A stretch of DNA of 24,000 nt, from NCBI GenBank assembly GCA_964577695.1, contig CAZOAL010000046.1, forward strand, positions 39,904 through 63,903, in the 5' to 3' direction. The notes under the pieces are model-generated. The model was not told the origin of the DNA and ran no database searches. It saw only the letters and a program-made list of their open reading frames with translations. This DNA comes from an uncultured bacterium (lineage in GTDB: Bacteria; Poribacteria; WGA-4E; PCPOR2b). This document shows, piece after piece, positions 1 through 8,002 of this stretch. Numbering within the stretch: the stretch's first letter is position 1; each line of letters begins with the position of its first letter. Made by a program: the position numbers and the translations under genes.

Positions 1-2
1 CC

Positions 3-187
3 CAACAAACTCGCAACAAGAAAATTCTTGTAGGCTTGGTTCCACCATGGGAGTATATGGAACCCATTTGGGAACTGCGGATTGGTGAATATCGCGTTTT
101 TATGACGTGGACGAGGCGGCGTTGGTCGTGATCATTCGAGCCATCCGGCACAAGCCGCCGCATAAAACAACGGAGAAAATACTATGA
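3..187 (+). pseudogene. RelE/ParE-family toxin-like, 5' end outside window, apparent 1-nt frameshift
   Basis: Frame 3 reads ...QQTRNKKILVGLVPPWEYMEPIWELRIGEYRVF up to a T5 run (97-101), then frame 2 continues YDVDEAALVVIIRAIRHKPPHKTTEKIL* (stop 185-187). The joined product matches RelE/ParE-like C-termini. The stop overlaps the next ATG (ATGA). Confidence 0.6.
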
Positions 188-426
188 AACTAATCAGTCT
201 TGAACAGGCCACTCTTGATACTTGTGTCAGGGATGCTCAACATGAACGTGTGGTCATCACGCGTAAGGGGAAACCTGTTGCACTCATAGTTGGCGTTAAA
301 GGGATGGACGAGGAACAACTGCAACTTGGAGCTAGCGACAAGTTCTGGAAACTGATTGCCGAGCGGCGGACCCAAAAGACGATGAGCCGTACCGAGTTAG
401 AGCAGCAAATCAACAACAGAAAATGA
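184..426 (+). CDS. Phd/YefM-like type II antitoxin
   Basis: 80 aa, MKLISLEQATLDTCVRDAQHERVVITRKGKPVALIVGVKGMD, the typical Phd/YefM N-terminal fold signature. Overlaps the upstream toxin-like ORF by ATGA. Confidence 0.7.
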   Translation: MKLISLEQATLDTCVRDAQHERVVITRKGKPVALIVGVKGMDEEQLQLGASDKFWKLIAERRTQKTMSRTELEQQINNRK

Positions 427-459
427 AGCGAGGAACATCGCTCTTGACCTTGAAGTAGT

Positions 460-608
460 GCCTAACCCGCCGTTTCAGTTGACAGCGGGGCTCTACGGTT
501 TTAATCGTGTTTTCTGGGTTGTGGCGGGTTTTGGTTCGTCGAACGTTTCTCAGCAAACCCCCGCCGTGCTCGTCTGAGAATCGGACAACTGAACTTTTTT
601 CGTTAGGT
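460..608 (+). other. Possible integron attC-like site
   Basis: Left GCCTAAC (RYYYAAC) at 460-466 and right GTTAGGT (GTTRRRY) at about 602-608. Inner TTCAGTTG (about 474-481) pairs with CAACTGAA (about 586-593). Lies 34 nt after the antitoxin stop and 16 nt before the next ORF. Confidence 0.35.
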
Positions 609-623
609 GTTTGAGGACAAACA

Positions 624-1088
624 ATGCAACTTGGTGCGCCGATCAACGGAAAGGCGGAATGTCTAATGAAGTCCCAATGGATGCGTCAGGATGAGCTCAA
701 GCAGGAGATCGCCCGGCACCCCCCCCATCTTGCCCAGATGAGAAGTACGAACAACAGGATGTACGAAGTTGCGCGATTATCCGATGGTAGTTTGGCTCTT
801 CGCACATTTAGGCGAATAGAGAATCCCAAGCTAAGACTTATCTGCTCTCTGGCTTTTTTCAGCACGATTGCTGTCGCTGTAGTTACAGGTATATTGGCCT
901 TTGTGATTCGGTCACCGGCATGGCTCTTCGCCATAGGTATCTGGACGATGGTCATAGGTGTTCTTGTGGCGCTGGGTTCTCGTTCGCTCCCTCGTCGGGT
1001 TAGAGGACCACTGCTGGATGAACAGGTGATAAGCCCCGAAGACCAACCTAAAGCGGTCGTGTTTCCACCAGAGGAAAAGAAGCAATGA
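624..1088 (+). CDS. Hypothetical protein with two predicted transmembrane helices
   Basis: 154 aa, hydrophobic segments LICSLAFFSTIAVAVVTGILAFVI and WLFAIGIWTMVIGVLVALG. GAGGA-like SD upstream. Stop overlaps the next ORF (ATGA). Confidence 0.55.
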   Translation: MQLGAPINGKAECLMKSQWMRQDELKQEIARHPPHLAQMRSTNNRMYEVARLSDGSLALRTFRRIENPKLRLICSLAFFSTIAVAVVTGILAFVIRSPAWLFAIGIWTMVIGVLVALGSRSLPRRVRGPLLDEQVISPEDQPKAVVFPPEEKKQ

Positions 1089-1655
1089 AACAGATACTGG
1101 TGAAAGAAGATGGTGGCAAAGTGATCGAGAATTGCACTTTCAAAAGGGCAGGATTTGATTATCAAAGGGTGGAGACCGAACAAACCCAGGATATCCCTCT
1201 TCCCCCGCCATCGGGTGCAGAACCAACGGAAAGCACAGTCCGAATGTGCCAGACGTACAAGGCTCTACAGCCCCAGAGGCGAAGTTCTGACGAGTACGAA
1301 TGCACCCTATCATCTGGCAAAGTCCGTGACCACAGCGGCGGATGTATTGTGGTGGATAGTCGTTGGTGTTGGCGTACTTGGCACCATTGTGCTAACAGGA
1401 GGCATTGCAATGGCTATTTGGGGAGCTGCGGCCGCTGGCACTGTTTCAACAGCCGCAGCAGTCGCTCTAGGTGTCGGAGGGGGTATGACGACTGCTGGTT
1501 TTGGTGGTGCTGCCCTAATTCCGACGGGCAACGACATCGACGACTATACGGAAGGGAAGTTGTTGGGTACAGACATCATCGTCAAGAAGGGTCAATGGGG
1601 CAATGATGGCCCGACAGAGTTAGGCGACAAAGTAGGGGGCCCACATCCCTGTTAA
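1085..1655 (+). pseudogene. Small glycine-rich membrane protein gene, apparently frameshifted
   Basis: Frame 2 (1085 start) is protein-like until about 1220, then becomes low quality. Frame 3 becomes protein-like from about 1230 (SVTTAADVLWWIVVGVGVLGTIVLTGGIAMAIWGAAAAGTVSTAAAVALGVGGGMTTAG). The joined frames give one plausible protein. Confidence 0.45.
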
Positions 1656-1742
1656 ATGAGCCCAAAGTTTTGTCAGAAGTGTGGCGCACAGTTGCAACAA
1701 TGAAAAAGCCTAACCAGCCGTTGCAGCGGAGAAACACATACA

Positions 1743-2453
1743 ATGATAACAGGAGATGCAGTAACACACAACTCACAAAGCCCTGACAAACCCGTGCGCC
1801 CGCGCTGGAAGAAGCGATGGTGGGCGCTCGGCGTCGTGTTCGCCCTATTGGTGTGGGTCGGGATGGATGTGTACGCACCGCGCCGTATTGATATTCGCGC
1901 CTTTGACCCCAAGGAGGTCGCCCGTCTGGATACCGTCATGTGGCGGTCATACTATGAAAAAGAGCGCCTCCGCTTATTCCTTCAACTCGCGGAGTTAATA
2001 CGGACACAGTACCATTTTCCCTTTCTCAAATCGCATGTTGTAGCCTACCGGGCTGCCAAGGCCGCTTTCATTTTCAAAGGGGGGCACAGTCACGCTGACT
2101 ATGAAAAGGCACTGCCGGACCTTGTTGCCTTCTACCGTGCCATTCGCAACGAGAGTACCCTTTCTTTTGAGCCTGTTCGTACTGCCTGGCTTGAGCTTGA
2201 CTGGTGGATCGTTCACCGGGAGCGCCTTGCTCACGCCCCTGGCGATCTCGAGGGTGCGCTGGCGGAAACCGTTGCCGCTCTGTACGGGGTGCCGGCGGCC
2301 CAGGTGATGGAGTATGCCAAGTTACGAGCGGAGGCCATGACGCTTCGGGACACCATAGCGGAGCGCGGGACGGTGACAGAAGACGATTGGCGTAAGATTA
2401 ACGCCTTGCTGGAAGCTTCCTGGCAATCACTGTGGAAGGCGATACAGCCGTGA
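1743..2453 (+). CDS. Hypothetical protein, N-terminal membrane anchor
   Basis: 236 aa continuous ORF with one N-terminal hydrophobic segment (WWALGVVFALLVWVGMDVY) and a helical soluble domain. Confidence 0.6.
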   Translation: MITGDAVTHNSQSPDKPVRPRWKKRWWALGVVFALLVWVGMDVYAPRRIDIRAFDPKEVARLDTVMWRSYYEKERLRLFLQLAELIRTQYHFPFLKSHVVAYRAAKAAFIFKGGHSHADYEKALPDLVAFYRAIRNESTLSFEPVRTAWLELDWWIVHRERLAHAPGDLEGALAETVAALYGVPAAQVMEYAKLRAEAMTLRDTIAERGTVTEDDWRKINALLEASWQSLWKAIQP

Positions 2454-2555
2454 TTGCGAAAGCTTCTTTCCAACCTTCCTTTCCTCCACTCTGATGAACG
2501 GGCGAGCCGTGCTCGTCCGAGAATCGGACCCGCTCTACTTCCTTCCCTTCCTTTC

Positions 2556-3869
2556 CTAATCCTCGCCTTTCTCCAACTTCTGATACTGTTTCGTCAGGTT
2601 TGAGACCAAGCCTGACCAGATGCCCGCCATCACTATAGCGGTGGCAGAAAACGCCGCGACCGGTATCGTCATGATCAGGCCGACCAGCGCAATCACCAGG
2701 GCGCTGCCACTTTTCGCAGAGCGATATCCGAAAGAATCGATCACCTGCTTCGCTCGATAGCGCGCATCAAAGGAGAGGGGAATGTAGAAAATCTCCTTGC
2801 CAGCGCGGAAGATTGAATAATCAAACGCCTTGAAAAACAGGAATGCCGTTGCCCCACTTCGTAGCGACGGCGCGATCGTCAGCGCCGTGCAAGTGATGAG
2901 ATGAATCAGCGGGATGCCGAGATGAATGAGGCGAAGGGGAAGAAAGTGTAGCAGAAGCGGTGCCCCGATGAGTTGTAAGAGGGCCGCCGATATGCCGAGC
3001 CATTGTCCGTAGAACGTCCCATAAAACGCTGTTCTGGCGTTTTTGTCCGGTATCGCTTCCGCGACCAATCCGTTGAATCGCAGGTCTAAGACCGTTGAGA
3101 CGACCTGTGTCGTCAGAATAAGCAGGAAAATGAAGGTCAGATAGCGGGAGCGAAAAAGCACGCGGGTGCCTGTGTGGCCCTGTCGTCCACCCACCTCCGC
3201 TTCAGTCGGTTGGGGCTCCCCTGCCAGTATGTAAGCGAGAGCCGAACACCCCGCCGCGGGTATCAGGGATGCGGCGGCAAAGAGGAGCAACACCTCAGAA
3301 CCCAGAGATGTCGCTAAATGCTTGACAAGCGTGCCCCCCGCAATGGAGCCGAGCGATGCAATGGCGCAGAAGGGGCCGTTAATCCAGCGGGCTTGTTTCG
3401 GCGTTAATGTACTATTGACGAATGACCAATACTGCTCGATAATCAGGACAATGTACGCCTCTCGAAAGACATAGACCAACGCCGAGGCGATGGGATATCC
3501 CTTCATGATGAGCGCATAGCCCACCCCGATGATCGCAGCCGACAGTAACGAAGTTACCACCAGCGCACGGTTCGCCCCCAACCGCGAGAGGAGACGACCG
3601 TAACAGTAGATAATTAGGTAGACGCTCGGAAGGACGGTTGCCATGACCCACGGCAAGTTTTTAGAACCGTAGGCGTGGATAAACAGCGACGTCGAGGCAG
3701 AGCGGATGAGTTCGTAGCCGCATAGCAGGAAACTGGCAGCGGCGGCAATCGCAAAAGTAGCGAGGATGGTTCGTCTTGAAAAGATCATTTTAATTAGGCA
3801 CATCCAAGAAAATGATTCTCCCATAAGCTCCCGTTGGATTGCCAAATCCAACGGCTCTGGATTTGACAA
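2556..3869 (-). CDS. Npt1/Npt2 (ATP:ADP antiporter/NTT)-like multi-pass transporter
   Basis: 437 aa, about 12 hydrophobic segments. Pattern SASTSLFIHAYGSKNLPWVMATVLPSVY ... FDYSIFRAGKEIFYIPLSFDARYRAKQVIDSFGYRSAKSGSALV is typical of bacterial Npt1/Npt2-like proteins. Confidence 0.7.
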   Translation of the reverse strand: MSNPEPLDLAIQRELMGESFSWMCLIKMIFSRRTILATFAIAAAASFLLCGYELIRSASTSLFIHAYGSKNLPWVMATVLPSVYLIIYCYGRLLSRLGANRALVVTSLLSAAIIGVGYALIMKGYPIASALVYVFREAYIVLIIEQYWSFVNSTLTPKQARWINGPFCAIASLGSIAGGTLVKHLATSLGSEVLLLFAAASLIPAAGCSALAYILAGEPQPTEAEVGGRQGHTGTRVLFRSRYLTFIFLLILTTQVVSTVLDLRFNGLVAEAIPDKNARTAFYGTFYGQWLGISAALLQLIGAPLLLHFLPLRLIHLGIPLIHLITCTALTIAPSLRSGATAFLFFKAFDYSIFRAGKEIFYIPLSFDARYRAKQVIDSFGYRSAKSGSALVIALVGLIMTIPVAAFSATAIVMAGIWSGLVSNLTKQYQKLEKGED

Positions 3870-3910
3870 TCCAGATTGAGCCAGTGGAGATTTTATTTCT
3901 TGGAAACCCC

Positions 3911-4306
3911 TTATGGAATGAAATTTCGACCTGTGCCGAGATAATTCTCCAAATATATAACGACCTCAACCAATCGATCCGCACACCGTTCCCGATACGT
4001 TTTTTCTTTGAGACGATCTAAACTTCCAATGGTTAAGACAGGAAGTGAAACGATTGTGTTTTCCTCGCGAATGGTTTGCTCTAAAGAATCTTGACCTTTC
4101 ATATTGCGGTTTTCGGTGAGCAAAATCATCCGATTGGCTTGAGCAAAACGCCAAACCTCGCGGTCACTGCTCTCAAATGACAAACCGACTTCTTCAAAAG
4201 TAACCAATCTAATGGAAAGGAGATCAAGCCATCCTCTCGAGGCCAGTGTGCCCCATAACCGCTCCGCGTCTCCCTCAATATTGTGGTCCGCTAAAATTGT
4301 CATCAT
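3911..4306 (-). CDS. DUF5615-type PIN-like protein (putative toxin/nuclease partner)
   Basis: Translation from internal ATG at 4306: MMTILADHNIEGDAERLWGTLASRGW...VWRFAQANRMILLTENRNMKG. N-terminal LADHN acid pair and 'ILLTEN' resemble DUF5615. Overlaps the DUF433 stop (ATGA). Confidence 0.6.
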   Translation of the reverse strand: MMTILADHNIEGDAERLWGTLASRGWLDLLSIRLVTFEEVGLSFESSDREVWRFAQANRMILLTENRNMKGQDSLEQTIREENTIVSLPVLTIGSLDRLKEKTYRERCADRLVEVVIYLENYLGTGRNFIP

Positions 4307-4677
4307 GACATTTTCCACTTTTTTTTCCGTTCTTGCAGCTTCTCCCAAGCCTTCTCCATTCCCGGAGGCGGAGGTAGCTTGGCGATTTTGGCAAAGTGTT
4401 CTCGATTGCGCTCTCTCCAATATCGCTCCGTTTCCTCCGCCTCTTTGAGGACCTGTTGGTATTCCGCCTCAACTTCCTCGCGGTGCGTTTCAATATATTC
4501 CATCACATCCGCAATCTGCTTGTCGGTCAGATTGTACAGATCGCGAATATAGTGAGGTGGATACCCCGCTTTGATGTAATCCATGATGCTGTAGAGCGTG
4601 ATTCGTGTTCCAGCGATGGAGAGTCCTCGATCGGGTCTTCTCACAACGGTGGGTTGAGAGTTCATTATTTCAGTCAT
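4303..4677 (-). CDS. DUF433 domain protein (putative antitoxin-like partner)
   Basis: MTEIMNSQPTVVRRPDRGLSIAGTRITLYSIMDYIKAGYPPHYIRDLYNLTDKQIADVMEYIETHREEVEAEY, DUF433-like. Strong SD AAGGAGG 7-8 nt upstream of the ATG at 4677. Confidence 0.75.
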   Translation of the reverse strand: MTEIMNSQPTVVRRPDRGLSIAGTRITLYSIMDYIKAGYPPHYIRDLYNLTDKQIADVMEYIETHREEVEAEYQQVLKEAEETERYWRERNREHFAKIAKLPPPPGMEKAWEKLQERKKKWKMS

Positions 4678-4757
4678 GCGTTTAACCTCCTTAAGTGCCT
4701 GCCCCAAAATGGCTCATGTTAAAACAAAGTGCAGGGGAACAAACAGGGAGGGCAAGG

Positions 4758-4798
4758 CTCCCGCCGAGCCTTTTGGAGGGGTTCGGCAGGAGCCTCAC
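4758..4798. terminator. Inverted repeat / hairpin, possible terminator or repeat element
   Basis: AGGCTCCCGCCGAGCC (4758-4773) pairs with GGTTCGGCAGGAGCCT (4783-4798) apart from two non-Watson-Crick positions; 9-nt loop. Confidence 0.45.
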
Positions 4799-4870
4799 TC
4801 TCCCAGCATATCCTCTTTTCAATCGGTAGCATGAATTCCTAACATAATCCAAAAAGTCGTTCACACACCC

Positions 4871-6982
4871 TCACTTCACAATCACCATCCGCCGTATAGC
4901 CGCAAAATCACCTGCTTCCAACCGATAGAAATAGACACCCGATGCAACCTGCTGCCCGAAATCATCGTGTCCATCCCAATACGCTGCTTTGTGCCTATCA
5001 TCATAGTGTCCTGCCCGAAGTGTTCCCAACGACAGCCTGCGGACCAACCGCCCGTGCGTATCATAAATCTGGATGGTGACATCAATGTTTCGTGAAAGGT
5101 GAAACGGTATCCACGTTTCAGGGTTAAACGGATTGGGAAAGTTCTGGAGCAAGGCATTCTGGCGGATTCGCCCCCACAGGACCGCCCGCTTTTGCTGTGG
5201 GTCAACGGAGACCGAGCCATCGGAAGGTAAGGTGAGATCTAAGGCAATAAATCGCGGCACAACAAGTCCGGTCAGCACATCCTCAACGTTTGTGCCATCA
5301 AGGTTCGCTCGCTGGATGGCTCCGGTGTAGGCATCCGTCCAGTATATCTTCTCTCCACTCATATCGACAGCGATGCCTATTGGAGTAATCAATCCGGTGG
5401 TGACCAGCGTCTCGACCTGTGTGCCATCAAGATTTGAACGCTGGATTTTTCCCGTTCCAGTGTCTCGATCAAAGTCTGTCCAGTACACCTTCCCTTTGTT
5501 TTTATCGATGGCGATTCCCCATGGCTGACTCAAGCCAGTTGTAATGAGGTCTTCAACGCCAGTGCCATCAAGGTTGGCACGCCGAACTTTGGGGACACGG
5601 GGGCGTCTAAACATGGAACTATCTACCCAGTATATCTTCCCACCGCTCGCATCAACGGCAATACCCACTGGGCCCCACAATTCCGTGAGGACAAGGTCCT
5701 CTATGGAAGCCTCATCAAAGTTAGCACGCTGGATTTTGCCGGGTGGGACATCGTTCGTCCAGTAAATCTGCCGCCCTGTCGCATCGACAGTGATGCCGAA
5801 TGGATTGCCTGTGATGGCGAGGTCTTTTATGGAAGTGCCATCCAGATTGGCGCGATGGATAGCTCCGATAGTCGTCCTAAAGTCCGTGGCAGTCCAGTAG
5901 AGCTGTCCGGCCGTCGCATCGACAGCGATGCCCCACGGCGTCCTCAATCTTGTCTCGACAAGCGTTTCAACCTTCGTCCCATCCAGATTGGCACGCTGGA
6001 TTTTTATGGTTTCCTTCGTGTACGGCCATACAACGTCTGTCCAGTAGACCTTCCCCTCAACTGAATTGACCGCAATGCCCCACGGGCTACTGAGTCCAGT
6101 TGTGACGAGCTCTTCAACGTCCGTTCCATCCAGATTCGCGCGCTGAATCCTTCCCGGTGAGAAACTGATCGTCCAGTATATTTTTCCACCGTCCGCATCG
6201 ACGACAACGTTGCGTGGACGAGAATCGAATCCGACCGTCGTGACCACATTTTCGATGTTTGTCCCATCAAGATTCGCTCGCTGGATTTTCTGCATTCCAG
6301 TTTCAATGTTATGGTCAGCGCCCGCCCAGTAGATTTTCCTCCCGTCTGCATCCACGGCGATACCGCTCAGAGAGAAATTAAACCCTATTATGACGAGATC
6401 TTCGATGTCCGTGCCATCAAGGTTTGCTTGTCGGATGCCCTCCCAACCAGCGTCCAACGGCCAGTTCCAGTATACCTTCCCTTCCACCGGATTGACGGCG
6501 ATGAGGGTTATGCCACCAAATCCCGGGAACGTGATAAAGTCTTCGACATCTGTGCCATCAAGGTTCGCCCGCTGAATCTTGGAAGACTGATATGGCTGGA
6601 ATTCAAGGCTCATCCAGTAGACCTTCCCGTGGATGGCGTCCACGGCAATCCCCCATGGATACCACACGCCTGTGGAAACGATATCTTCGACGTTCGTTCC
6701 GTCAGGGTTAGACCGTTGGATTTTATGCGTTCCGTAGTCCGTCCAGTAGACCTTCCCCCGGACCGAATCGACAGCGATAGAGCGCGGGTCCGACAGCGTG
6801 ACGGGAAGGAGCGTTTCTACGCTTCGGCCGTCTAGCTCTGCCCGATGGATGCCCCTTGCATCTGTCCAATACATTTTCGCTGCCTTTACAACTGAACTGT
6901 TCAGCGCCAGCGCGAATGTCATCAGGAACAGGAGGTGCGAAAAATGGAGGTGCCAATTCATTAGAATCAGTCTTCGTTTCAT
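4871..6982 (-). CDS. Secreted YWTD (LDL-receptor class B)-repeat beta-propeller protein with FlgD/T9SS-like C-terminal tail
   Basis: More than 10 repeats of 'GIAVDxxxGKVYWTD...GKIQRANLDGTxVExLVTTGLxxP', N-terminal signal peptide, C-terminus NALLQNFPNPFNPETWIPFHLSRNIDVTIQIYDTHGRLVRRLSLG...AYWDGHDDFGQQVASGVYFYRLEAG. ATG at 6982 follows GGAGGG SD. Confidence 0.85.
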   Translation of the reverse strand: MKRRLILMNWHLHFSHLLFLMTFALALNSSVVKAAKMYWTDARGIHRAELDGRSVETLLPVTLSDPRSIAVDSVRGKVYWTDYGTHKIQRSNPDGTNVEDIVSTGVWYPWGIAVDAIHGKVYWMSLEFQPYQSSKIQRANLDGTDVEDFITFPGFGGITLIAVNPVEGKVYWNWPLDAGWEGIRQANLDGTDIEDLVIIGFNFSLSGIAVDADGRKIYWAGADHNIETGMQKIQRANLDGTNIENVVTTVGFDSRPRNVVVDADGGKIYWTISFSPGRIQRANLDGTDVEELVTTGLSSPWGIAVNSVEGKVYWTDVVWPYTKETIKIQRANLDGTKVETLVETRLRTPWGIAVDATAGQLYWTATDFRTTIGAIHRANLDGTSIKDLAITGNPFGITVDATGRQIYWTNDVPPGKIQRANFDEASIEDLVLTELWGPVGIAVDASGGKIYWVDSSMFRRPRVPKVRRANLDGTGVEDLITTGLSQPWGIAIDKNKGKVYWTDFDRDTGTGKIQRSNLDGTQVETLVTTGLITPIGIAVDMSGEKIYWTDAYTGAIQRANLDGTNVEDVLTGLVVPRFIALDLTLPSDGSVSVDPQQKRAVLWGRIRQNALLQNFPNPFNPETWIPFHLSRNIDVTIQIYDTHGRLVRRLSLGTLRAGHYDDRHKAAYWDGHDDFGQQVASGVYFYRLEAGDFAAIRRMVIVK

Positions 6983-7056
6983 CAATTTTCCCTCCGTTCA
7001 TAACAACTATGGGCAAATCATATTTCAAAAGCGCAATCTATGCCCGCGTTCAGTAT

Positions 7057-7325
7057 ACCCCAAACAAACCCCCATAGGACTCCCATGCTCTCCTTATCGT
7101 TTGCCTGTTTGTGATTCAGCACGTCTAAGGACATCCCCAAACCGGATGTGCGCGAGGCACCCAAAAAGCGGGTGCCTCGACAGACCAGAGCGCGTCAGTC
7201 GTGGAGAGGTGATACCGCACGCGAATCGCGCCAACGCACGGGCGTCGTCAATGGGCGAGGCCTGCATATTCCACGCATCAAGAATCTGACCCCAAGGCCT
7301 TCGTCGATTATCGCTGGTGCCACCG
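7057..7325 (-). pseudogene. Degenerate partial duplicate of the recQ 3' end joined to the 5' end of the small membrane-protein gene
   Basis: 7094-7372 encodes ...WGQILDAWNMQASPIDDARALARFACGITSPRLTRSGLSRHPLFGCLAHIRFGDVLRRAESQTGKR*, nearly identical to the RecQ C-terminus at 8003. 7057-7084 matches 7673-7700 in 26/28 positions. Confidence 0.85.
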
Positions 7326-7402
7326 GCAGAAGTGTTGCGAGTTGATGACCGTTCAGACATCATGAGGCCCACAAGGCCGAAATCTCTAATGCGTTCTATT
7401 TT

Positions 7403-7702
7403 TTATTCTGAACTACCGGGCTCAACCGGAGGAACCTGAGACGTAAAAGCAGCGATAATTAAGGGGGTTGTAACCCCGATGTGTATCGCAAGAATTGGCG
7501 TCAATGGCATCCCCGATTGGATATAAGCAACAACCAGCCCGCCACCAATCAAAACCCTTAAGATGGTGCTTATCCAATAACCAAGCGTTTTTGCAGGGTT
7601 AAACGTTCTACGAGACGGTTTACGGGTCTGGTTATACCAAACAAAGACTTCCGAAGCCACTCCTCCAAAGACACCCCAAACAAATCCCCAAAGGACTCCC
7701 AT
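7403..7702 (-). CDS. Small hypothetical membrane protein
   Basis: From ATG at 7702 (GGAG upstream): MGVLWGFVWGVFGGVASEVFVWYNQTRKPSRRTFNPAKTLGYWISTILRVLIGGGLVVAYIQSGMPLTPILAIHIGVTTPLIIAAFTS. Confidence 0.6.
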   Translation of the reverse strand: MGVLWGFVWGVFGGVASEVFVWYNQTRKPSRRTFNPAKTLGYWISTILRVLIGGGLVVAYIQSGMPLTPILAIHIGVTTPLIIAAFTSQVPPVEPGSSE

Positions 7703-7715
7703 GCTCTCTCCAAAG

Positions 7716-7991
7716 TTAATCGAACGGCATTGCAAGAAACATCCGTAACTCTGCAAGACGTTCTCGGATCTTAATAGGTCTTGAACGAATCGTGAACAGC
7801 TCATCCCCCTCCCGATTTCGGACCAGCGACTTTCTGATGAGTTTGGGATACTTGTCAAGAATTTCCCTCACTTCTGATTGGAATAACCCGGTCTCCTTGG
7901 ATATGCCAGATATCGTCCGAAAGTCATACTTTGGATTGGAAAGGGATTCAAAGACTTTTTTTTCGTTAAAAGATGTAATTTCTCCTGGCAT
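7716..7991 (-). CDS. Small winged-helix-like protein
   Basis: 91 aa MPGEITSFNEKKVFESLSNPKYDFRTISGISKETGLFQSEVREILDKYPKLIRKS... reads like a helix-turn-helix domain. recQ stop (TAA) is immediately followed by GGAG and then this ATG. Confidence 0.55.
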   Translation of the reverse strand: MPGEITSFNEKKVFESLSNPKYDFRTISGISKETGLFQSEVREILDKYPKLIRKSLVRNREGDELFTIRSRPIKIRERLAELRMFLAMPFD

Positions 7992-8002
7992 TTATGCTCT
8001 CC

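Noticed and set aside
6311-6835. 174-aa plus-strand ORF opposite the YWTD gene, plus similar shorter ones
   Set aside because: These mirror the repeated structure of the YWTD gene on the other strand. The peptide repeats (AIKVCL/SIKVRPL..) are an antisense artefact.
7046-7400. Possibility that 7094-7372 is a functional small gene
   Set aside because: Start region (MGLMMSERSSTRNTSAGG) has no relation to the RecQ start and the ORF is only the helicase C-terminal extension, so it is better explained as a remnant.
7645-7655. GACTTCCGAAG inside the small membrane ORF as a copy of the dispersed palindrome
   Set aside because: It is in-frame within a coherent protein (..ASEVFVW..) and lacks the second arm; probably coincidence.
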